A stretch of DNA of 19,617 nt from Octopus sinensis (lineage: Eukaryota), in NCBI RefSeq assembly GCF_006345805.1, contig NW_021824203.1, positions 1-19,617 on the forward strand. The letters are read 5' to 3'. Positions 1-8,787 of this stretch are shown here, in pieces. Made by a program: the position numbers and the translations under genes. Positions within the stretch are counted from its first letter, which is position 1, and every line of letters begins with the position of its first letter. The notes under the pieces are model-generated. The model worked only from the letters and a program-made list of their open reading frames with translations. It searched no databases and had not been told where the DNA came from.

Positions 1-54
1 TATGACTTCCACCATTTACCTAGCATCGTTATCATAGTATTATTTATCTAGCTT

Positions 55-124
55 ATGTGCCAAACTATGAGACTGAACCCAAGACCATGTGGTTGAGAAG
101 CAATCTTCTCAGCCACACAGCCAT
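55..124 (-). mobile_element. tRNA-derived SINE, 5' head fragment (degenerate)
   Basis: The reverse complement reads atggctgtgtggctgagaagattgcttctcaaccacatggtcttgggttcagtctc, with an A-box-like TGGCTGTGTGG and a B-box-like GGTTCAGTC(T)C. It resembles octopus SINE heads from memory; no database search was run. Confidence 0.6.
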
Positions 125-175
125 CATTGGGCCTTAATCACACTTGTGCTCTGTGTTATCATATATGATATAAAT

Positions 176-591
176 CATCCGAACGTGGCCGTAGCCAGTA
201 CCGCATAGACTGGCCTCGTTGCTTTGGGGAGTAACAAACACCATCCGATCGTGGCCGTCCGCCAGCCTCATCTGGCACCTGTGTCCGGTGGCACATAAAA
301 ACACCATCCGAGCGTGGCCGTCTGCCAGCCTCGTCTGGCACTGTGTCGGTGGCACATAAAAACACCATCCGAGCGTGGGCGTTCGCCAGCCTCGTCTGGC
401 ACCTGTGTCGGTGGCACATAAAATCCCACTACACTCTCGGAGTGGTTGGCGTTAGGAAGGGCATCCAGCTGTAGAAACACTGCCAGATCTGACTGGCCGT
501 GCAGCTTCGGGCTCCCCAGACCCCAGTTGAACCGTCCAACCCATGCTAGCATGGAAAACGGACGCTAAATGATGATGATGATGATGATGAT
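176..591 (+). mobile_element. SINE body and 3' end with internal tandem repeats and (GAT)n tail
   Basis: Contains ggagtggttggcgttaggaagggcatccagctgtagaaac...ccatgctagcatggaaaacggacgctaaat followed by (gat)7. Related sequence recurs at ~2150-2375 (+) and 6286-6318 (-) within this window. Confidence 0.8.
241..424 (+). repeat. ~60-63 bp tandem repeat, 3 copies plus a degenerate copy at ~176-240, inside the SINE
   Basis: Unit ccatccga(t/g)cgtgg(c/g)cgt..gccagcctc(a/g)tctggcacctgtgt(c)cggtggcacataaaa(aca) starts at ~241, ~304 and ~364. Confidence 0.9.
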
Positions 592-960
592 ATATATAAT
601 TATTTTGAATGAAACATAAATTATTTCCTCTTTTCTATGACATATTTAATTATAGATACCACTTTCTTATTGTTAATAACATTAAAGAATAATCCAAAAA
701 CTAAATGTATGTGTGGATACTGTTTTCTGTTTTTGGTTGGGGTTGTAGCATTGATAGGTGCATGGCAGTAGTGATCATTCATGTCTATGATGATGTGTTT
801 GATTGACAGTATTCAAAGAGGAATCAGATAAAAAATTTAAAAAGAAACAAAAAATGATTGTATGAAAATCATATATTCTATTGGTTAAAATAATTACAGT
901 AATTTAGTGTTACGGACATGCTCTTCTTGTAACTCTAATCTGTTACCATGACCATTTCTG

Positions 961-1063
961 CAACCGAAACCACCACCATTACTACTACCATTGCTACTCC
1001 TCTTCTTACTACTACTACTTCTACCATCAATACTACTACTACCAGTACCTCCACTACCTCTAT

Positions 1064-1098
<35 letters not shown>
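961..1098. repeat. Imperfect (ACT/ACC)n trinucleotide microsatellite
   Basis: Runs of actactact. It produces the poly-Thr, poly-Leu and poly-Ser ORFs in the track, and abuts the 3' end of the minus-strand SINE at ~1119. Confidence 0.9.
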
Positions 1099-1118
1099 AA
1101 AATTTTAAAAACATTAGT

Positions 1119-1316
1119 AACTTTCAAAGTTTGGCACAAGGCCAGCATTTTTAAGGGGAGGAAAAAATGTAAATTACATTCACCCCTATAATTGGTACTT
1201 AATCAAACTTAAAGCAATGAAAAGCAAAGTTGATTCAGGCAAGATTTGAACTCAGAACATAAAGTATGAACAGAAGTATCACTGATCATTTTTTCCATGT
1301 TCTTATAATCCTGCTC
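1119..1316 (-). mobile_element. tRNA-derived SINE, second family, copy 1 (degenerate)
   Basis: tttcaaagtttggcacaaggccagca...aaaagcaaagttgattcaggcaagatttgaactcagaacataaag. B-box-like GAGTTCAAAT on the minus strand at 1244-1253. Confidence 0.65.
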
Positions 1317-1327
1317 TTAATGATAAT

Positions 1328-1528
1328 AGTTTCAACTTTTAGTACTTTTAGTGGGTAGGACAAGTTGATTACATTATCCCTCTACTAAATTAGTATTTTA
1401 TATTATTGACCCCAAAAAGATGAAAGGCAAAGCTGAGTTCAGTGGTATTTGAATTCAGAATGTAGAGCCAGAAGAAATACCACAAAGCTTCTTGTCCAAC
1501 ACAGCAATGATCCTGCCAGCTCATGCCC
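1328..1528 (-). mobile_element. tRNA-derived SINE, second family, copy 2
   Basis: ttattgaccccaaaaagatgaaaggcaaagctgagttcagtggtatttgaattcagaatgtag...cctgccagctc, homologous to copies 1, 3 and 4. Confidence 0.7.
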
Positions 1529-1540
1529 TTATAATAATAA

Positions 1541-1766
1541 GGTTAAATGTCTCAAATTTAAACATAAGGCCAGCAATATTTAGGGGGAGGATAAATCAAT
1601 TATATCGACCCCAGGGTTCAACTAATACTTATTTTATCAAGCCTTCTCCTCCCTCTAAGGATCAAAGGCAGTCAATCTTCACAGAATTTTAACACAACAT
1701 AAAGATGAAGAAAATGCTGCAAAGCATTTTGTCTAGCATACTAATGATTTTTGTCACCTCACTACC
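1541..1766 (-). mobile_element. tRNA-derived SINE, second family, copy 3
   Basis: aaggccagcaatatttagggggaggataaatcaattatatcgaccccagggttcaactaatacttattttatc...aaggatcaaaggcagtcaatc, flanked by (AAT)n on both sides. Confidence 0.65.
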
Positions 1767-1767
1767 T

Positions 1768-1812
1768 TAATAATAATTATTATTATTGTTGTTGTTGTTG
1801 TTGTTGTTGTTA
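1768..1812. repeat. (AAT)/(ATT)/(GTT)n compound microsatellite
   Basis: Read directly: taataataattattattattgttgttgttgttgttgttgtt. Confidence 0.9.
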
Positions 1813-1814
1813 TA

Positions 1815-1945
1815 ATGTCTATCAAATTTTGCACAAGTGCAACAATTTTTGGATTGAGGGGATGAGTCAAGTTGACTTCAGTGGGATTAGAACTCAGAAT
1901 GTAAAGAATTGGAAGCAATACCAAAAAGAATTTAGTTGTATAGTT
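1815..1945 (-). mobile_element. tRNA-derived SINE, second family, copy 4 (internally deleted)
   Basis: tcaaattttgcacaagtgcaacaattttt...ggatgagtcaagttgacttcagtgggattagaactcagaatgtaaag. The segment present between these blocks in copies 2 and 3 is missing. Confidence 0.55.
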
Positions 1946-2149
1946 TCTTTTTTGTTTATGCAACATGTGTAAGGTGGTACGAATTAAATAGTTTATACAC
2001 AAACTTTCTTTTTTTGTCATGTGTATATATTCTGTGACATACCCAACTGTGGATTCCTAACAATGCATGGTTAATAATGTAACTTCTTGTGGTCTCCCAT
2101 TAGATACACACATGGCACAAAACTACCTCCCTCAATACTACTCCCTCCT

Positions 2150-2375
2150 CTGTTGAGGGTTTTGTCTTGTAAAATACTTTGTGATTTCACCAGGGCTGCT
2201 GTCACATAAAAGGCACCTAGTACAGTGTGTAAAGTGGTGAGCATTAAGAAAAGCATCCAGCTGTAGAAGCCATGCCAAAACAGACAGTTGAACTTGGCAC
2301 AGTCTTCTAGCTTACCAGCTTCTAACAAAGCATGTAAGCATTGAAAACAGACTTTAAATGATGAAGTGATGACAT
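2150..2375 (+). mobile_element. Degenerate SINE 3' half, related to the 176-591 element
   Basis: gtcacataaaaggcacctagtacagtgtgtaaagtggtgagcattaagaaaagcatccagctgtagaagcc...gcattgaaaacagactttaaatgatga aligns by eye with 410-591. Confidence 0.65.
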
Positions 2376-2379
2376 AACT

Positions 2380-2449
2380 ATATATCCATGCATACATACA
2401 TACATACATATATATATAATATATATTATATATATATATATATATATTT

Positions 2450-2481
<32 letters not shown>
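2380..2481. repeat. Compound (TACA)n/(TA)n/(GA)n microsatellite
   Basis: Read directly from the sequence. Confidence 0.95.
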
Positions 2482-2489
2482 TTGAGTGA

Positions 2490-3400
2490 AGGAGAAAAGG
2501 AGCAGATCCAACTTACAGAGTGCAAATGACAGAGAAAATTAAAGGGGAGGATAACGTCTAACAGCTGTTCTGGGAGAATGTGGTAGATGTATTCATCACA
2601 GTATGTAGGCCATAATAGAAGGCAATCAGAATTGGATAAATTGAGCTGCCATCAAGAAGTGCAAAGGTGGACAGATTAAATGTGGAGTGCAAGCAGTATG
2701 AGGAGGAAGGAGGTAGGATGGAGTTATGGCGAGTGTTAAGACAGAATGGTGAGAGGAGATAAATAAACTAGTTCAGAAAGAGAGTGGCGGCTTAAGAATG
2801 GAAGTATTAAGGAAGTGGTAGTCGATGTGGAGAGTTGAGAGATGAGTGGGAGGGATGCAGTGGGTAGTAATTGAAGGGTAGTCAATTATTGGGTTGTGTA
2901 TAGTGTTGAGATAGTGAGAAAAGGGATGACAATTATTTGAGGGAGGGAAAGACTCTAATTAGGCAACAGAAGGAGATTACTAAAGTATGAACAAAGATAT
3001 GAGAGAAGATAAAGGGAGGTGCATAGAGTGGGGAGTTAGTCGGTGATAGGGTAGCTGTGGTTAGTACTATAATGAAGGTGGATTGTGGTGGAGGGGGAGT
3101 ACTGAGGTTGCAAAGGTGTATGAAATTGGGTAGAGGGGTGGATGTTGATTGTTTAGTAGCTAATTGATTGTGGTAGTTGCAAGTGCTCTTGATTGAAGGC
3201 GAGAATTGAGACAATGGGGAAAGAATACAATTTGTGAGGGAGGTGGTATGTTGTGGGTAAGAAGAATTTTCAAAGGTAATCATGAGAAGGATGGTATTAC
3301 TGGAGAAGATGCATTGCTTCGCTAACCTTGTTGTACCCCAAGGTTAATTATAATTAATGATAATCATTGTTATGAGATTATATAGATTTAATAAAATGAG
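2490..3400 (-). other. Putative non-coding 3' region (pseudo-LTR-like) of the adjacent Penelope-like element
   Basis: Strongly strand-skewed (G/A-rich on +), lies immediately 3' of the GIY-YIG remnant, and has hammerhead-like motifs at each end. Assignment is inference. Confidence 0.35.
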
Positions 3401-3407
3401 TAAATGA

Positions 3408-4200
3408 TGAGTAGAACCTGTGTTTACAAGAGAGTATTACATCTGAGAATCTATTAAGTAATCAGGGATTGTGGTTGCAAAGGATGATTAGTGATCCCTT
3501 ACAAATACCAAGGTTTGAGCTGAACGAGGGAGCCTCCTTATATGATGGATATAGGATAGAGTAGTTTTGGGATTTGTGGTTATGTATTTAAGTTGCTAAG
3601 GTGGTAGAATATTTAGAATTTGGATTGGAGAAAGAGTCCATTTGTGCTCAGTAGCAGTGCTTGAAATTGACATTCTGTCGTTATAGACCCTTACTTGGTG
3701 GGAGCATAGTATTATTACTCTGCACTTGTAGACTACATTTTTGCATTGACAGAAACCTCCAAGAGGGCTGAATTGAAACACCTAATAATTGCAAGTTTTC
3801 CTACCTACTCTGTGGTCTTCCTACCTGCTCTAGGAAAGAAATGTGCAATTTTTGCCTTAAGTTTAGTGTTGGAGATATAAGAGTTCTTTTTACAGAAACC
3901 ACTTATCTGCTGAGCTTGGTTATAGTGTGGGGCATGATTATTAAAAATATCTTTGTTAGTAGATAAGCTGGAGATTCTGATAAAAATATCTGTGACTATT
4001 CTATTAGGAGTAAGTTTAGGGTAATTTGATAGGATGTAGATATATTGTAATGATTGATAGGGTTTCTAGAAAGGGTGATATAGATTTAAGATGTTTCCAG
4101 TGTGTGTCATTTTCGAATGAGATACCTAGGTTATGATTTTTTAAAATCCTGTGGAATTGATTCCCTGTAAAGGTATGAGTCTAAGTTTGGATCATTTGAG
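3408..4200 (-). pseudogene. Penelope-like retroelement remnant 1: RT C-terminus plus GIY-YIG endonuclease, with frameshifts and stops
   Basis: Manual translation across frames: LSNYPKLTPNRIVTDIFIRISSLSTNKDIFNNHAPHYNQAQQISGF (PLE RT thumb, cf. SNHP..I...I..RIS.LSS...F....P.Y..AL..SGY), KTCNY*VFQFSPLGGFCQCKNVVYKC (cf. CNC..CPL.G.C...VVY), and STTLAT*IH...LLNRFSDVILSCKHR (cf. LLNKRSE..S.C.H). Confidence 0.8.
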
Positions 4201-4250
4201 CACTACTAAGTGTCTTCTAACACTGAAAATCTCTGGACCTCATCTTCTGG

Positions 4251-4258
4251 CTATATAA

Positions 4259-4302
<44 letters not shown>

Positions 4303-4315
4303 GTGTGTGTATATT
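4251..4315. repeat. (TA)n(TG)n microsatellite
   Basis: Read directly from the sequence. Confidence 0.95.
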
Positions 4316-4326
4316 GTGTAAACATA

Positions 4327-5585
4327 CAGGAGTTGGACAAAATAATGGAAACACCTTAAAATTTCAAACAAATTTATTTTAATATGGGGTAGGGCTGCCT
4401 GTAGCAGTAATTACAGCTTGAATTCTACAAGGTATGAACTTGTACAAAGTTTGAATTGTTTCCAAAAGAATTTTTGTCCATTTTTCAGCTAAAAGAGTCC
4501 CCAATTCTTGCAGTGATGATGGTGGAGGGTATTGACTCCTTTTCCTGTTTTCCTAAAATGCACCACAAATGTTCAATAATATTGAGATCTGGAGGCTGTG
4601 GTGGCAAGATAAGATGTTCAACTTCTCTAGAATGTTTCTCATGCCATTCAGTAACAACTTTAGCTGCTCTATGAATTGGTGCATTATCATCCTGAAAGAT
4701 TGCATTTCCCTTCAGAAACAGTTCTGCAATCATAGGATGAATTTGATCAGATAAAATGCTTAAATAGTCTGCCATGAAGGGAAATCATTGGGCTGGCAGA
4801 TTTCCAAGATATAGCCCCCACCTCTCAGATCATCATAGATCCTCCTCCATGTTTAACAGTTGGAAGAGAGGTAGTCTGGGTCAAAGGCTTGTTTTGGATG
4901 TCTCCACATGTATACTCGGCCAGTGGTCAGAAATATGGTAAAAGATGACTTGTCCAAGAAAATGACATTCTTCCACTGCTCTAGGGATCAGTTTTGTAGG
5001 TTTTTACCCCACTCTAAATGCTTTGCAAAGTTGGTTTTTGAAAGTAGTGGTTTTCTGATTGCAGCCCTCCCATGAAATCCAGCTTTGTGCAACTCCCAGC
5101 AATCAGTTTTATGGAAACTGGGTTCTTGAGATGGTTATTAAGCTCTACAGTTACTTTGGGAGCTGTACTTTTGTGATCCTTTCTAACAATTTGCGTAAGA
5201 GTCCAACAGTCCTTATCTGAAGGTTTTGGTTTTCTTCCAGAGTTTTGTTTTGACTAGAAGGTTTTTCCCACTTCCTCAAAGGCTGTCATTACTTTTGAGA
5301 CAGGACTTCATGATACACCAAACACTTCGGCTGTTTTCATTACGCTAGCGCCTGCTATACGCACACACAATTTGACCTCTTTGAAAGTCCAATAGATCTG
5401 TCATTTTAATGAATTTCAGTTAACTTTTTCTGTTGATATCTGAAAAGAAACAGCAATTTTAGCAAAACATATTAAGCAATACTAATAATAATTCAAATAA
5501 CATAAATATAAACAAGCTTTTGACAGTTTTATAGATATTTCAAAATTATGATGCTACATGTTTCCATTATTTTGTCCAACCCCTC
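4327..5585 (-). mobile_element. Full-length Tc1/mariner-superfamily DNA transposon (1259 bp, 27-bp TIRs, TA target duplication)
   Basis: Left TIR 4327-4353 is CAGGAGTTGGACAAAATAATGGAAACA. Right TIR 5559-5585 reverse-complements to GAGGGGTTGGACAAAATAATGGAAACA (2 mismatches). TA lies at 4325-4326 and 5586-5587. Confidence 0.95.
4379..5404 (-). pseudogene. Tc1-like DDE transposase, frameshifted
   Basis: ATG at 5404 (MTDLLDFQRGQIV, HTH start). First catalytic D in NVIFLDKSSF (~4950-4970), then FQDDNAPIH...PPQPPDLNIIEHLW, ending RIQAVITATGSPTPY* at 4379. Several frameshifts; W is replaced by L in the WPPQSPDLN motif. Confidence 0.92.
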
Positions 5586-5589
5586 TAGA

Positions 5590-5988
5590 TCTTCAGATAG
5601 CTGTTCCTGAACAATGGGTGCCCAGAAAAAGAACTGGTATATAAGACCAATAACATGGGTTTGAACAGTAACAAATACATATATTGGAATGATAGGGAAC
5701 TCCTTCAAATAAAGATATACATTGCACCTGGCTTTGTTCAGAGCCAAAAACAAAAAACACACAATAATCCTAGCCAATATAGAATAGAGACTGAAAAAGA
5801 GAGGTGTGAGCAACATCCAGATAACCTGGAGTATTATTGCTGAGGCCAACAAGAACAGAGGACGAGGCAGGAAATGCAAGCTTTACATCACTGAAACATT
5901 ATACATTATCACACCAAAAGTGAATATTTCAAATATTAGGGATGACACCTTCTCCCCTTGCATGCATAAGCAGCATTTCACACTCTGA
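5590..5988 (+). pseudogene. Penelope-like retroelement remnant 2: GIY-YIG endonuclease C-terminus
   Basis: LNNGCPEKELVYK, then (frameshift) TYIGMIGNSFK*RYTLH...RLKKRGVSNIQITWSIIAEA...KCKLYITETLYII...NIRDDTFSPCMHKQHFTL*. This carries the VY-YIG-R-H pattern and the C-terminal C..C..E...N.R......C.H pattern. Confidence 0.8.
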
Positions 5989-6228
5989 AATTTCAAGCAA
6001 ATATCCCCACCTACTCTGTCTCCCGTGCAACCTGGATAAATTTTCATTCCAAACATCAGTTATACGCATTATATGAACTTCATGAAAAAAACACATGACC
6101 TCATAAACTTATGCTGCGCTCCTCTCACAGATATATATGGGTCTCACACATATCCATGACATTACAAGTTATATACAAACTTATGAACCCATAACACCAT
6201 AAGTATCACATGAATTATGTGAAAGATA

Positions 6229-6278
<50 letters not shown>

Positions 6279-6749
6279 ATATATATCATCATCATCGTTT
6301 AACGTCCGCTTTCCATGCGGTGTGAGAGCAACATCCAGATAACCTGGAGTATTATTGCTGAGGCCAACAAGAACAGAGGACGAGGCAGGAAATGCAAGCT
6401 TTACATCACTGAAACATTATACATTATCACACCAAAAGTGAATATTTCAAATATTAGGGATGACACCTTCTCCCCTTGCATGCATAAGCAGCATTTCACA
6501 CTCTGAAATTTCAAGCAAATATCCCCACCTACTCTGTCTCCGTGCAACCTGGATAAATTTTCATTCCAAACATCAGTTATACGCATTATATGAACTTCAT
6601 GCATGAAAAAACACATGACCTCATAAACTTATGCTGCGCTCCTCTCACAGATATATATGGGTCTCACACATATCCATGACATTACAAGTTATATACAAAC
6701 TTATGAACCCATAACACCATAAGTATCACATGAATTATGTGAAAGATAT
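5803..6749 (+). repeat. Near-identical direct repeat: 5803-6229 and 6319-6749, with an 89-bp spacer
   Basis: Both copies run from ggtgtga..gcaacatccagataacc to gaattatgtgaaagatat. I noticed only small indels (ga, c, catg/poly-A). Confidence 0.95.
6286..6318 (-). mobile_element. Extreme 3' end of a SINE with (GAT)n and (AT)n tail
   Basis: The reverse complement gcatggaaagcggacgttaaacgatgatgatga matches 549-581 (gcatggaaaacggacgctaaatgatgatgatga) with 3 mismatches. It is preceded on + by a (TA)n tract at 6230-6285. Confidence 0.85.
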
Positions 6750-6879
6750 GTGAAACGTCACAATAATGAGTACACACCCAAACAGACATACTACAGATCC
6801 AGAGTTTGCACCCACTGACGGCTGCAGCGAAATTCAATTTTGGACTTTCTTCTATCGAAGGCATTCTAACAAAAATGCT

Positions 6880-7124
6880 TCCGTATAAATGGTGAAAATA
6901 TTGTCAGTTTTTGTTTCACTTCTAACACGTAATACTGAAATAGTGGAGAAGATATGATATTGCTATGGGCTCGCCTTAAACAAGAAGTCGAACGTTTTTT
7001 TGATCATGAAAGTACATGGACCCTAAGCAAGGCATGTGTGAAATTTGAATGAAATTGGTTGTGTAGTTCTCACGTTTTAGGGGAACACACAGACAGACAC
7101 ATTCTCAGTTTTATATATATATAG
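6880..7124 (+). mobile_element. Possible non-autonomous Helitron-type element 3' end
   Basis: Ends tgtgaaatttgaatgaaattggttgtgtagttctcacgttttagggaacacacagacagacacattctcagttttatatatatatag. This resembles the aaattt..aaatcgg...acagacagac...tatatag termini of small invertebrate Helitron derivatives, recognised from memory only. Confidence 0.35.
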
Positions 7125-7179
7125 AAATTTATATATATATATATATATTTTTATATATATTATATATATATAAATAAAA

Positions 7180-7218
<39 letters not shown>

Positions 7219-7247
7219 TATATATTATATATATTTATATATATATA

Positions 7248-7294
<47 letters not shown>

Positions 7295-7343
7295 ATATAT
7301 TTTATATATTATATATATATATTATATATATATATATTATATT

Positions 7344-7378
<35 letters not shown>

Positions 7379-7625
7379 ATATTTTTATATATATATATAT
7401 ATATTTTATATATATATATATATTTTTATATATATATTTATATATATATATATATTTTTATATATATATATATATATTTTTATATATATATATATATATT
7501 TTTATATATATATATATATATATTTTTATATATATATATTATATATATATATATATTTTTATTATATATATATATTTTTTATATTATATATATATATAAT
7601 TTTTATATATATATATATATATATA

Positions 7626-7658
<33 letters not shown>

Positions 7659-7670
7659 TTTTATATATAT
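7111..7670. repeat. ~550-bp interrupted (TA)n microsatellite
   Basis: Almost pure A/T, with (TA)n blocks periodically interrupted by TTTTT. Confidence 0.97.
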
Positions 7671-8787
7671 AACTTAACTTAGAATAACTTAGAAAGGTTT
7701 TTGGCCAGTATTGGCCCAGGCCATGTCTAACTTAATAGCACCACCTGGCGAAGTCTTTCAGTTCAGGATTTGGGCACCAAGGCCCATTCGAGCAGAGAGT
7801 TATTGTTTGCGGAGACATATCCGGGTGTGGGTGGTTTGTCCGGTACTGTTTGAAGGAATTTGTCCAAAGACTTCTTGAATTTTGTGTGGTCAGTTTCTTT
7901 TTTGACGTGTCCTGGTGTAATGTTGAAGAGAGCGGGTCCAATTGAGGTGAAATAGTTGTGCCGTATTGTCGTTATGTGATGCGATTTAGATTTTTGTTGT
8001 GGACGGATGGCACGTGGTCCAAGCCTTGGATGCATTTTGAAGGTGATGCCAACATCATTCGGACAGTGCTGATGGAATATTTTCCACATCATACAGATAA
8101 TGTAGCGTTCACGGCGTCGTTGGAGTGAATACAATTTCAGCTTCTCTAGTCTACCCCAGTAGTCAAGGTCTAACATGCCATCTATCTTTTTTGTGATTGA
8201 CCTTTGGGGAGCTTCAATTCTCATAATATTTTGTTTTGTGTAGGGAGACCACAGTGGACAGCAGTATTCAAGGTGGGGTCGGGCAAAAGTGGAGAAGAGA
8301 AGGATAATAGCGTGGGAATCTCTCGACTGGAAGGTTCTGAGAATCCAGGAACACATTCTGCGGGCCATGTCAACTTTGCTGCTTATATGTGTAGCCCAGC
8401 TTATGTTGTTGTCCACTGTTACTCCAGGTCTCTGATGTTGTTGGATGCCATGAGAATTTCTCCAGAAGGAAGAGAGTATGGGAGTTTCAGAGCGTCCTCC
8501 CTTCCAAAGTGGATCAGTTCGAATTTGTCTTCATTTAGCAACATGTTATTCTTTTCCGCCCATTGGACAACAGCCAGTAGGTCTGACTGAAGGTTTATTC
8601 GGTCATCCACGCCATTGATGACCTTCTGGAGCTTGGAATCATCAGCGAAGGTTCTGATGTTGCTGTGTTTGATGGTGTCAGTAATATCATTTATGTAGAT
8701 GATGAAGAGAAGTGGGCCCAACACAGTGCCTTGTGGGACACCACTGCTGACTTTGGCTGGGCTGGATTTGACTCCTTCGACTACAAC
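7671..8787 (-). mobile_element. 5'-truncated non-LTR retrotransposon (CR1-group LINE) with intact 3' end
   Basis: RT motifs, a short 3' UTR with GC-rich self-complementary segment (tggcctgggccaatactggcca), and a short tandem tail (ttctaagtta)2 agtt abutting the (TA)n tract. Confidence 0.9.
7763..8787 (-). pseudogene. LINE ORF2 C-terminal third (RT domains 4-7 plus C-terminal region), one frameshift at ~8425
   Basis: SGVPQGTVLGPLLFIIYINDI, FADDSKL (YADD-type active site), RPHLEYCCPLWSPY, RLEKLKLYSLQRRRERY, FKKSLDKFL. At ~8425 GACCTGGAGTAACAGTGGAC lacks one G relative to DLGVTVD. Confidence 0.92.

Noticed and set aside
134-552. Three overlapping repeat-containing ORFs on the minus strand
   Set aside because: They are antisense translations of the SINE-internal 60-bp repeat.
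592-960. Host exon or promoter in the AT-rich unique segment
   Set aside because: No ORF, convincing splice pair or recognisable motif could be supported.
894-1191. Mucin-like poly-Thr, poly-Ser and poly-Leu ORFs
   Set aside because: All three are translations of the (ACT)n microsatellite and run into SINE sequence. There is no splice or domain support.
2933-3283. 116-aa Ser/Thr/Pro-rich ORF
   Set aside because: Its composition follows from the C/T/A strand skew and I recognised no motif.
5529-5879. Hydrophobic 116-aa ORF suggesting a membrane protein
   Set aside because: It is antisense to the A-rich Penelope GIY-YIG remnant and crosses the Tc1 TIR.
3408-5988. The two divergently oriented Penelope remnants as one element with a 5' inversion
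   Set aside because: Their GIY-YIG regions are clearly different (PLGGFCQCKNVVY versus LNNGCPEKELVY), so they are separate families.
5803-6749. The direct repeat as LTRs or native Penelope pseudo-LTRs
   Set aside because: There are no TG...CA ends, PBS or PPT. The copies are nearly identical although the element is heavily decayed, and the spacer is SINE tail rather than element sequence.
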